From a virus, in IMG/VR virus record IMGVR_UViG_3300032722_000006, positions 64,001-128,000 of that record: a stretch of DNA of 64,000 bases; one strand, 5' to 3'. The notes below the pieces were generated by a model. That model was not told the DNA's origin. It saw only the letters and a list, made by a program, of their open reading frames with translations, and did not search any database. Position 1 is the stretch's first letter; each line of letters starts with the position of its first letter. Below are positions 19,502 through 27,322 of this stretch, piece after piece. The position numbers and the translations under genes were made by a program.

Positions 19502-19970
19502 ATGATGTTATGAGCCTCCACGGGATATTCGCCTTGACGACGCGGTCTAGCATGTCTGCTGTTCCGCGACTGTCCTGGACGTTATTGTGAAATGCTACGC
19601 AAACATCGATGGGCTCTTCTGCCTTGTGTTCTTTGTCAAGCATCTGCTGGTTTCTGATGGGACCCGCAGCGTTCTTGAACTGAATCCAATCAGCAGGATA
19701 CGCTCTGACCTCAAAGTCCAACGCTTCTGCAACTGCAGCACAGATGATGTCCGCACCCTTGCATGCACCGTGAACTAGGATTGTGCCGGGCCTGTAGCCC
19801 TTCAGAACCTCAACGACTGAGGTGATGTCTGACCACTCCCTGTCACCGGTGACGAGAATTTTCTTGATGATCGTCTCGGAAGGTATGGTTCGACGCTCCT
19901 CATCGTCACGACGCTCGTGATAACGACGTTCGACTTTCTCACGACGAATTTTGCCTGTTCTTTGTTTCAT
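19479..19970 (-). CDS. SLOG/YspA-like (DUF2493) protein
   Basis: ILVTGDR, LVHGACKGAD, AAGPIRNQQML, SRGTADM. Confidence 0.85.
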   Translation of the reverse strand: MKQRTGKIRREKVERRYHERRDDEERRTIPSETIIKKILVTGDREWSDITSVVEVLKGYRPGTILVHGACKGADIICAAVAEALDFEVRAYPADWIQFKNAAGPIRNQQMLDKEHKAEEPIDVCVAFHNNVQDSRGTADMLDRVVKANIPWRLITSSPRSSAD

Positions 19971-20047
19971 GGTCTCCCTGGAGGGATTCGAACCCCCGAC
20001 CTTCACGTTCGTAGCGTGCTGCTCTGTCCGGGCTGAGCTACAAGGAG
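19970..20047 (-). tRNA. tRNA-Arg(ACG)
   Basis: Loop CT-ACG-AA, encoded CCA. Confidence 0.9.
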
Positions 20048-20054
20048 ATGATTT

Positions 20055-20261
20055 TCAACGAATGTCGAGTTCAGAAAGTTTGACACAACTAACGTCGCCG
20101 TCGGAGTGGTACCACCCGTCTTCTGACCATTCAACGATGACGTATTCTGGGCCTTTCTTCGAAAGGGCGATGATCGTGCAACCACCGACCTGTTTAGGTC
20201 CACAGCACAAATCACGTAGGAATGCATGTTGACCGATGAGCGTCTTTTTCTTGCCTAACAT
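20055..20261 (-). CDS. hypothetical protein
   Basis: Leaderless promoter places the start at MLGKK. Confidence 0.55.
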   Translation of the reverse strand: MLGKKKTLIGQHAFLRDLCCGPKQVGGCTIIALSKKGPEYVIVEWSEDGWYHSDGDVSCVKLSELDIR

Positions 20262-20304
20262 GTGACGATCGTACATCATCAGACAGATGAATTACACTCT
20301 TGCG

Positions 20305-20335
20305 TCCTGGTGATGGGATTCGGACCCACTACCAT
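20305..20335 (-). pseudogene. orphan tRNA 3' fragment (T arm + acceptor strand)
   Basis: GTGGG-TCCGAAT-CCCAT-CACCAGG-A with no 5' half. Abuts the HNH gene. Confidence 0.6.
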
Positions 20336-20365
20336 TTACGTGACACGTGTTGTATATTCGTATAC

Positions 20366-20926
20366 ATGAACACTTGCCTAGAATGTCACACAGATACGTA
20401 TAACGCTATGTTTTGTTCACGAAAATGTGCGGTTACGTTCAATAATCGTGGTGTTCAACACAACAAGGTCAAACCAAGAAATTGCGCAAAGTGCGGTGAC
20501 GTTTATTTCAACGTTTGCGGTCGACGTTCTCGCCTCTGCGTGAAATGCAGAGAAGAATTTGATAACAGAAGCGATGAGATTGACAATCGAACGTTGCGTT
20601 TCTATTGGGATAAGACAGGGCAAATAAGCTCTCCTGCAACGTTTCACGAGGTACGACATCACGCCAACAGGCGAAACAAACACCGTCTTCAAGCATGTCA
20701 ACGATGTGGTTATTCAAAACACATCGAGTATGCACACATCAAACCCATAATCAGCTTTGATCTTGATACACCGATCAAGATCGTCAACGCTGAATCGAAC
20801 ATTCTGCTCTTGTGTCCAAATTGTCATTGGGAATTTGATAATGGACATCTAAAACTTGTGCCGGGAATGGGACTCGAACCCACGCATGTCACTGCTTATG
20901 AAACAGCCGCTCTGCCTCTGAGCTAA
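20366..20926 (+). CDS. HNH endonuclease
   Basis: Cys-pair N-terminus, CQRCGY...AHIKPI...N...LCPNCHWEFD. Confidence 0.85.
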   Translation: MNTCLECHTDTYNAMFCSRKCAVTFNNRGVQHNKVKPRNCAKCGDVYFNVCGRRSRLCVKCREEFDNRSDEIDNRTLRFYWDKTGQISSPATFHEVRHHANRRNKHRLQACQRCGYSKHIEYAHIKPIISFDLDTPIKIVNAESNILLLCPNCHWEFDNGHLKLVPGMGLEPTHVTAYETAALPLS

Positions 20927-20932
20927 CCCGGC
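20859..20932 (-). tRNA. tRNA with CAU anticodon (elongator Met or Ile2)
   Basis: Loop TT-CAT-AA. Confidence 0.85.
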
Positions 20933-21039
20933 ATGATGGGACGTAACCACCACGCCCCCACCACATTCTCGCTTTCACCTTCAACGTTGGTGTACGTTTT
21001 CCGCATATTCAATTTGCGAATCAGACGGTTACTCGCTCG

Positions 21040-21122
21040 TACACCCAGAGGGACTCGAACCCCCACGCCCTTTCGGGCACTGCAGCCTAAGTGCAGCACG
21101 TCTACCATTCCGCCATGAGTGC
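21040..21122 (-). tRNA. tRNA-Leu(UAG)
   Basis: Loop CT-TAG-GC, V arm. Confidence 0.9.
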
Positions 21123-21217
21123 ATGCAGGGGATTCTATGAACCCCTGTCAATGACGCGATCATCCGTTGTCATTAACTAGCGACGATCATTGTCGATGAT
21201 GACGATCGTCGTTATTG

Positions 21218-21290
21218 TGCCCCCGGAAGGAATTGCACCTTCGACATCCGGTTTCGAAGACCGGCGTTCTTTCTGCTGAACTACGGGGGC
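21218..21290 (-). tRNA. tRNA-Arg(UCG)
   Basis: Loop CT-TCG-AA. Confidence 0.9.
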
Positions 21291-21291
21291 G

Positions 21292-21639
21292 TGGGTGGTA
21301 CGTAAGCGGGATTTTGTCTAGGATGATCATTCCTCTGTGATGTGTGTCACCACACATCTATAGCAACAACCCGCATGCTCGGGCGAACAGCCCTCAAACG
21401 CACACTGTTTGTCTTGCTCCGGGAGGGACCCCTTACCGTCTGCATTGCTGCATTCGTGGTGGGCTCTTACTCCACCGTTTCACCATCACCTGATCCTCTT
21501 TTGTGAGGCCATCGGCTGTCTTTTCTCTGTTGAGTCTTCCGTCACCTTGCGATGCCCAGTCGTTAGCTGGTTCCCTGTTCTATGGAGTCCCGACTTTCCT
21601 CTGCGCGTATAGTACGCAGCGATCATCTTTCTCCACCCC
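21292..21639 (-). ncRNA. rnpB: RNase P RNA (bacterial type A-like)
   Basis: GAGGAAAGTCGGGAC and ACAAAATCCCGCTTA P4 halves, ACAGAGAA, GGTGAAACGGTGGAGTAAGAGCCCACC, GGAGCAAG, terminal P1 pairing, about 350 nt. Confidence 0.93.
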
Positions 21640-21641
21640 TG

Positions 21642-21724
21642 TGCCATCGGAGGGAATTGCACCCTCACACCCTCGCGGGCGCCGGAGTTTGAAACCGGTG
21701 TGTCTGCTGTTTCACCACGATGGC
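21642..21724 (-). tRNA. tRNA-Leu(CAA)
   Basis: Stem CCGGT/TCCGG, loop TT-CAA-AC. Confidence 0.85.
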
Positions 21725-21818
21725 ATTACTTTTTCGTTTAGATTCTGAAATTTGTTTTCGAGTTTCAATTGTATGTTTTCTTCCTCGAAATCTGTGTGTT
21801 CCGGTGATAGAGTGACAA

Positions 21819-22325
21819 TTAGGACACAAATATTCGAGGCTTGCCCGATCCCACCCATGCGTTGATTTTCACTTTTTCCCATTGTTCTGGTGGACTACCG
21901 TTCTTGCCTAGCTGCAGGATGTTCATTGTCCTGTGCCAACCTTCGTACAATTCGTACCCGTCCACCCTCTTGATCACGATGATCGGTTCGTTCTTTCCTG
22001 TTGAGACCGCGAGTTCCTTGTGCCTTGCCATTCGTTCTTCGTCATTGTGAACTTCGTATGGATTTATCGCACCAAATTGTCTCTCGAGGATGCGCCTGCG
22101 TGTGTCTGGAGCGAAGTCACTCAAGTTGACTATGATGACCTGTTGATGCCAATTGAGGCGATCGAATGCCTTGTACAGGGGATGTTCACCCATCCCAGTC
22201 CTATAGAAATCGTGTAGTACGTATTCAGGGATGTTTGGGTACTTCCTGCGAAGTTCCTTGTAGAGACCTTTCCATCTCATCTCAATGATCAGGCTGATCG
22301 CCTCACGAAGCAACGTCAACGACAT
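21819..22325 (-). CDS. hypothetical protein (ParB-like EGWHR motif) with LRExI leader
   Basis: EPIIV...LYEGWHR. ATAGTTA upstream. Confidence 0.65.
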   Translation of the reverse strand: MSLTLLREAISLIIEMRWKGLYKELRRKYPNIPEYVLHDFYRTGMGEHPLYKAFDRLNWHQQVIIVNLSDFAPDTRRRILERQFGAINPYEVHNDEERMARHKELAVSTGKNEPIIVIKRVDGYELYEGWHRTMNILQLGKNGSPPEQWEKVKINAWVGSGKPRIFVS

Positions 22326-22341
22326 GTCAGTAACTATTCTG

Positions 22342-22425
22342 TGTCATCGAGGGGACTCGAACCCCTACGGCCTTTCGGCCACAAGCACCTCAAGCTTGCG
22401 CGGCTACCAATTACGCCACGATGAC
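22342..22425 (-). tRNA. tRNA-Leu(GAG)
   Basis: Loop TT-GAG-GT. Confidence 0.9.
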
Positions 22426-22505
22426 ATTGGAGGAGGGAATCTGGTCGCCTCCCTCCGAGGGCGTTTTATGCTGATCGTCAGCAATTTCTTGCCTCCCAGG
22501 CCAGG

Positions 22506-22588
22506 TGCTATCGAGGGGAGTTGCACCCCTACGCCCTTTTGGGCACAACGTTCTCACCGTTGCGTGACTGCTGTTCCACCACGATAGC
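22506..22588 (-). tRNA. tRNA-Leu(GAG), second copy
   Basis: Loop GT-GAG-AA. Confidence 0.85.
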
Positions 22589-22600
22589 GTGTGATGTCTG

Positions 22601-22675
22601 TGACCCCAACGGGATTCGAACCCGTGTTCCCTGCTTGAAAGGCAGGTCGCCTAGGCCTCTAGCATTGATGGGGCC
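22601..22675 (-). tRNA. tRNA-Glu(UUC)
   Basis: Loop CT-TTC-AA, lengthened acceptor-D connector. Confidence 0.85.
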
Positions 22676-22802
22676 ATTTTCCACCTGCTACTGCTCAGCT
22701 TTTTTCGGCCTGCCGTAGCTTTCCGGGTGATGGAAACCGTTGATTTGGTGACAATGCGAAGTTCGTTTTCCGTTCAAATTCGGTGTCCTTTCGCATTGTC
22801 GG

Positions 22803-22877
22803 GGTGACTGACGGGATTCGAACCCGCGAATATCCGATTCACAGTCGGACGCCTTAGGCCTCTTGGCTACAGCCACC
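22803..22877 (-). tRNA. tRNA-His(GUG)
   Basis: Loop CT-GTG-AA, G-1:C73. Confidence 0.92.
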
Positions 22878-23025
22878 ATGAAACACTACTTCTTCTTGTT
22901 CTTCTTTTCGAACTGATCCTTGTAGACGTACATTGCAACGACAACGATGACGACGGCTGCAGCAATCTTGAGTTTGTTGTTCATATAGAGAACATACCAC
23001 ACCGGCTGGTGTTAGTACACTCAGG

Positions 23026-23097
23026 AGCTGACGAAGGGATTCGAACCCTCACACGGGACTTTACAGGAGTCCAACCCGACCGTTGGGCGACATCAGC
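23026..23097 (-). tRNA. tRNA-Thr(UGU), C33
   Basis: Stem GGACT/AGTCC, loop CC-TGT-AA. Confidence 0.8.
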
Positions 23098-23107
23098 ACG
23101 TACCTTT

Positions 23108-23180
23108 CACTTTCGCTCAGGACTTGAACCTGATCTTAGGCTTGGACAGCCCCGTGCAACCGTTACACTAGCCTCAAGAG
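23108..23180 (-). pseudogene. degenerate tRNA
   Basis: D arm and T arm (TCAGG-TTCAAGT-CCTGA) present, acceptor poorly paired. Confidence 0.5.
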
Positions 23181-23191
23181 TTACTCAGTCG

Positions 23192-23270
23192 TGGTCCCAG
23201 AGGGATTCGAACCCTCACGCATTCGCAGCGATTTTTAAGATCGCCGTGTCTACCGTTCCACCATGAGACC
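23192..23270 (-). tRNA. tRNA-Leu(UAA)
   Basis: Loop CT-TAA-AA. Confidence 0.9.
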
Positions 23271-23288
23271 AGGTTCATCTCTTTCACC

Positions 23289-23375
23289 TGCATTCGATGG
23301 GACTCGAACCCATAAGCCTCGTCAGAGGCGCCAGCCTTTTTGTCGGCCCGCGTATGCCATTTCCGCCACGAATAT
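23289..23375 (-). pseudogene. Leu-type tRNA with irregular anticodon arm
   Basis: Leu-like D, V and T arms, anticodon region GGCC-GACAAAAA-GGCT. Confidence 0.55.
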
Positions 23376-23394
23376 TGATGGTTACTTGAAACGG

Positions 23395-23467
23395 AGCGGA
23401 TGACGGGATTCGAACCCGTGTGTCCAGAGTGGCGCTCTGGTGCCTGAAACCTCTCGGCCACACCCGC
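23395..23467 (-). tRNA. tRNA-Gly(GCC), G32/C33
   Basis: Loop GC-GCC-AC. Confidence 0.82.
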
Positions 23468-23468
23468 A

Positions 23469-23544
23469 TGGAGCTGACGATGGGACTCGAACCCATGTGT
23501 TCCTCTTTACCGAAGAGGGGCGCCTGCCTCTGCGCTACGTCAGC
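23469..23544 (-). tRNA. tRNA-Thr(GGU), C33
   Basis: Loop TC-GGT-AA, encoded CCA. Confidence 0.85.
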
Positions 23545-23674
23545 GTTGAGTCGAGAGAGGGAGTCGGACCCACATGCCCTTCAGATGCCTACGACATCGT
23601 CCGGGCGGCCCGTGTTGGAACACGTGCTGTGCCTGCCGGTTACACCACTGAGGATCGTGCCTCAGGCCATGCGT

Positions 23675-24418
23675 TTACTGGGTCGGAGTCGAGAGTCGGA
23701 CTTGAACCGACATACAGCTGTTTTGCAGACAGCTCGCTGAATCATTCGCGTACCTCGACGTAAATTGTGCAATTCTTTCTTGAAGTTGATCAATCGTGAT
23801 CAATGATTTTGCATTCTTTCGTTGATTCTCTGTGTGACGAACTAGACGACAATTAGCAGGATGTGCTATCAACGTTGGATCGATCCCGAATTTGAAACCA
23901 TCAGCGATCGAAATCAGGTGATCACGTGACACTCCGTTCAAATTTCCTCCTCTGTTAGAGGCTGAATACCACCCGTATTGTTTAAGCAGATCAAGATCGA
24001 AATGCTCTGGGTAGTCATACACGTTGAACGTAAAGAGGCACAAGTACTTGTAACTCTCGCGTGAACTCCGTTGTTCGGCATGAAATCCCTTGTAGCACTC
24101 TACGTTACAAAATCGATGCTTTTGACGTCCTCGACGGCCGTACACACGATTGGGTTTCCCACACAAGTCACACTTGAAATCATGTCCGGTAAGCGATCTA
24201 CCAACGCCCATACCCTTCCTAGGAGAAGGTCGACCCTTCATTGTTTGTCGCGTTTTTTCCCTTGATTCTGCGCTTTGATGACGATGATGTGATGCGCAAC
24301 TCTGTGTGCAGTGTTTGCGTCTCTTTGGAGATTTGAACTGCTTCTCAGTGAGAAGCAGTTCAAACGAACTACCGCATGGACAGATGAACGCGTATGACTT
24401 ACGTGATACCTGATACAC
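23675..24418 (-). CDS. putative homing endonuclease (Zn-finger/NUMOD-like + HNH-like)
   Basis: CPCG, CDLC, SRDH...HPANC...ENQRK. Reads through tRNA-Cys. Confidence 0.7.
   Translation of the reverse strand: MYQVSRKSYAFICPCGSSFELLLTEKQFKSPKRRKHCTQSCASHHRHQSAESREKTRQTMKGRPSPRKGMGVGRSLTGHDFKCDLCGKPNRVYGRRGRQKHRFCNVECYKGFHAEQRSSRESYKYLCLFTFNVYDYPEHFDLDLLKQYGWYSASNRGGNLNGVSRDHLISIADGFKFGIDPTLIAHPANCRLVRHTENQRKNAKSLITIDQLQERIAQFTSRYANDSASCLQNSCMSVQVRLSTPTQ
23687..23759 (-). tRNA. tRNA-Cys(GCA)
   Basis: Loop CT-GCA-AA, U73. Confidence 0.88.
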
Positions 24419-24448
24419 GTCAAATTGTAATCTGATGTACCAGATTGT

Positions 24449-24958
24449 TCAAGAAAGCGCTTCCCATTCTTGATTGATGTCATCCCATCGCATGATGCGA
24501 TTGAGAAGCGTTATGTTTAGTCCATCAGTACGTTTGTCGTTTGGATCTGCGTACAATGTTGGGGGGTTGTCATCTTCATCAACACGAAATTGCATTGTGT
24601 TCAGAAGCTCTTTGGGAGACATTCGTTGGGGTTGACCACCCAAGCTTCTTAGCATGACGATCCATCTCCTCGCAGCGTTTGGGAACATCATCAGTACCTG
24701 TTCGGGAGTTAGGATTCCTCCGTATGCCGGTGCAGTCGAAACGTTCGGTCCAGCGCTTCTTCCTCGAGGAGCCGGTTCCTTGTATGCATCCATGAACGCC
24801 TCACTGAGGCCTTCGACGTTGATGTCTCCCACACGAGCAGGATCGTCAAGATCTCGATCGTCTGCATCATCACGGCTGTTCGCACCACGTGGCAATCTTG
24901 CATGATCCGCGACCGCCTCACGGATTAGGCGCCTGAGCTGCTTCAAGGAAATCTTCAT
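24449..24958 (-). CDS. hypothetical protein with MKISLKQLRRLIRE leader
   Basis: Shared leader and ATACTTA upstream. Confidence 0.7.
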   Translation of the reverse strand: MKISLKQLRRLIREAVADHARLPRGANSRDDADDRDLDDPARVGDINVEGLSEAFMDAYKEPAPRGRSAGPNVSTAPAYGGILTPEQVLMMFPNAARRWIVMLRSLGGQPQRMSPKELLNTMQFRVDEDDNPPTLYADPNDKRTDGLNITLLNRIMRWDDINQEWEALS

Positions 24959-24975
24959 GTCCTAAGTATTCGTTG

Positions 24976-25047
24976 TCCACACAGTTGGAGTTGAACCAAC
25001 ACCTCCGGGGCTTCACTCCGGCGCGCGACCACCTACGCAATGTGTGG
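24976..25047 (-). tRNA. tRNA-Phe(GAA), divergent
   Basis: Loop GT-GAA-GC. Confidence 0.75.
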
Positions 25048-25051
25048 ATAG

Positions 25052-25124
25052 CGGTGAAGGTCGGAATTGAACCGACGCGACCCTGCTCTTCAGGCAGGTG
25101 CTCTACCAACTGAGCTACTTCACC
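25052..25124 (-). tRNA. tRNA-Phe(GAA)
   Basis: Loop CT-GAA-GA. Confidence 0.9.
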
Positions 25125-25131
25125 ATGTTTC

Positions 25132-25207
25132 TGGAGCTAGCAGTGGGAGTCGAACCCACGTGTTCCTCTTTACGGGAGAGGGGCGCCTGCCTCTGCGCTA
25201 TGCTAGC
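25132..25207 (-). tRNA. tRNA-Thr(CGU), C33
   Basis: Loop CC-CGT-AA, encoded CCA. Confidence 0.85.
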
Positions 25208-25215
25208 ATACGTTG

Positions 25216-25288
25216 TCAGGGTCGTGGGACTCGAACCCACATTCTCTCGCGTCCGAGGCGAGCGGGGCTCCATATCCCCTTCACCCTG
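25216..25288 (-). tRNA. tRNA-Pro(CGG)
   Basis: Loop CT-CGG-AC, C1:G72, A73. Confidence 0.85.
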
Positions 25289-25289
25289 A

Positions 25290-25367
25290 TGGTCGGAATG
25301 GCGGGAGTTGAACCCACGATCTCTCGTCCCCCAGACGAGCGCGATAACCAGGCTTCGCTACATTCCG
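25290..25367 (-). tRNA. tRNA-Pro(GGG)
   Basis: Loop CT-GGG-GG, encoded CCA. Confidence 0.9.
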
Positions 25368-26152
25368 ATGATTGCTTTCGGGAATCTCTTCTTGGCGTAT
25401 TCGAGCCACTCGTACCTCACCTGAACAAGTACGTTACGAATTTCGACTGCATCACAGCCTTTCTTGACCGCCGCCGTAGCGAGTTCATCAAGATGTTCAT
25501 CGATGACCTTGATGAAGGGTCTCCGCGTACGCTTGGCGAGGTGATAAAATCCTGCGACGAACGCTTCTTTTTCTGCGTCAGAGAGCATGTACCTTGCGAA
25601 AGTCCTAGGACTGTTCCATACGCTGTCTGGGATTGACATCAAGTCCTGGCTAGCTTGAATTCCTCCGAGCAATTTTTCGTCCGACTGGACAGAGTGTTCA
25701 AACTCGTGCCTGATGACCTCGTACGATTGTTGCTGGATCATCGAGAGGTGTTGAGGCTTCATGATTCCTGTCGTTGAATCGACAAAAATCTTGATGGAGA
25801 GCAGGTCCTTGATGGGAGACCATCCTCCTGATATTCCGACCTTGTCGACCGGAGCAGGCTTGTTGAGCAAGTAGATCATTAGTTGCACCGTCATCGCAGG
25901 AGGTGCGTTCGGATCGGTTCCCAAGGCCCGTGATCTTTCACGACGACCTTCGGGTGTTCCGAACCAGTCCTGCCTCTTCATGAATGCCGGCCACGACTGC
26001 AGGTACTTCATGTTGATGCCGCCTTGCTTGTTGACCTTGTCCATCACCTTCTTGCATGCACGGATCAATTTCTGCGTCACCATCCTCGTGAACGAGTCGA
26101 TCTTTGATTCTGCAAGAAGCTCAATGACGACCTGTTCGTACAACGTATGCAT
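25358..26152 (-). CDS. HExxH metallopeptidase-like protein
   Basis: VIRHEFEHSVQ...Y.LS..EKEAF. Confidence 0.65.
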   Translation of the reverse strand: MHTLYEQVVIELLAESKIDSFTRMVTQKLIRACKKVMDKVNKQGGINMKYLQSWPAFMKRQDWFGTPEGRRERSRALGTDPNAPPAMTVQLMIYLLNKPAPVDKVGISGGWSPIKDLLSIKIFVDSTTGIMKPQHLSMIQQQSYEVIRHEFEHSVQSDEKLLGGIQASQDLMSIPDSVWNSPRTFARYMLSDAEKEAFVAGFYHLAKRTRRPFIKVIDEHLDELATAAVKKGCDAVEIRNVLVQVRYEWLEYAKKRFPKAIIGM

Positions 26153-26173
26153 GAATGTAACTATTCTCATCTG

Positions 26174-26246
26174 TCGGGGTGGTGGGACTCGAACCCACGG
26201 CAGCCTGCTTGTAAGGCAGGTGATCTAGCCGCTGATCTACACCCCG
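26174..26246 (-). tRNA. tRNA-Val(UAC)
   Basis: Loop CT-TAC-AA. Confidence 0.9.
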
Positions 26247-26252
26247 ATTGTG

Positions 26253-26323
26253 TCAACGCGCCGGGATTCGAACCCGGGTTTCCTGCTTGTGATGCAGGCG
26301 CTCTGCCGTTGAGCTACGCATTG
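26253..26323 (-). tRNA. tRNA-Val(CAC)
   Basis: Loop AT-CAC-AA. Confidence 0.88.
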
Positions 26324-26326
26324 AAA

Positions 26327-26370
26327 GGAACGCAAGTTGTCAATGAACGGGAACGTCATACTGGCGTTCC
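26327..26370 (-). promoter_or_regulatory. hairpin + boxA-like element (copy 1)
   Basis: CGTTCATTGACAACTTGCGTTCC is identical at 46450..46472. Confidence 0.5.
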
Positions 26371-26375
26371 ATCCG

Positions 26376-26449
26376 TCAGCGAGGGGAGATTCGAACTCCC
26401 GAAAACCTGTATCCAAAACAGGTGCCCTAGGCCTCTAGGCGACTCGCTG
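26376..26449 (-). tRNA. tRNA-Pro(UGG)
   Basis: Loop TT-TGG-AT. Confidence 0.9.
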
Positions 26450-26646
26450 GTCTACTTCTGTCTTCCGTCGGGAGTCTCTTCCCGGCTAGCCACTTTCAAC
26501 CCTTTAAGGGGCGTGGCAATCGAAACGGCAGTACGCCTGAGGTATGGGACGTAAGGCAACAGACGCTTCCGCGCCGTTCGCTCTCACTCGTCCTACCTGT
26601 TAGCATACTCGACATCATTTGAATGACTCGTTTCGTAATCTATCTA

Positions 26647-26724
26647 TGGTGATCCCAAGGGGATTCGAACCCCTATTTCTGCGATGAGAACGCAGCTGCC
26701 TAAGCCGTTAGCAATGATGGGACC
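26647..26724 (-). tRNA. tRNA-Glu(CUC)
   Basis: Loop TT-CTC-AT, encoded CCA. Confidence 0.85.
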
Positions 26725-26783
26725 GTCGTGAGTATACATTACCCTCTTCAAGAAGAGGTGTACACGGAAAACGCTTCACACGT

Positions 26784-27056
26784 TCACTTTGTTATGGGCT
26801 GTTTCACTATCTTCAACAATGCACCCTGTGTCCATCCACTTCCGTCAGGCCCAAGAACGTACACGTCACGGCCATCAAGTCCCTTGACGGCGATGACCAA
26901 CGCAACGTTTCCAACCTTGAGCTTTGCAATGTGACGCAGATCCTTGCCGAAATATGCGCCGCCGGGCATGTTCGTCAGTTCAATCTCTCCATTGTCAGAA
27001 GTTGCTGACCATTCATGGGGCGTGACGAGTTGACCTGCCTTGAACAGTGATGTCAT
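26784..27056 (-). CDS. hypothetical protein
   Basis: ATGA-coupled to the upstream ORF. Confidence 0.6.
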   Translation of the reverse strand: MTSLFKAGQLVTPHEWSATSDNGEIELTNMPGGAYFGKDLRHIAKLKVGNVALVIAVKGLDGRDVYVLGPDGSGWTQGALLKIVKQPITK

Positions 27057-27316
27057 TCTTCGTCGTTGCCGTCCTTCTCCTTCTTACTTAGGATCGTCTC
27101 CAGCGCTGCGAGACCTTCGTTGAGAATCTTCGAACACGTCCAGATCAGCGACGTAATGACGAAGATGATGACAGCCTTCTCACCCTTGCCGGCGCAGTCG
27201 ACCACCATTCCAGCAATGACGATGAGCATGAAGGCGACCTTGATGAAGACACCGAAAGTGCCTCCGAACAAAGGGTTTTCGGGATCGTGAGGGTGAGGCT
27301 TAGGCATGATGTTCAT
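27053..27316 (-). CDS. small membrane protein
   Basis: Two hydrophobic segments. Confidence 0.6.
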   Translation of the reverse strand: MNIMPKPHPHDPENPLFGGTFGVFIKVAFMLIVIAGMVVDCAGKGEKAVIIFVITSLIWTCSKILNEGLAALETILSKKEKDGNDEE

Positions 27317-27322
27317 GATGAA

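Noticed and set aside
21642-21724. Opal (UCA) suppressor or Sec tRNA reading of TTTCAAA
   Set aside because: The stem CCGG/CCGG pairs only in the register giving TT-CAA-AC, and the body is Leu-type.
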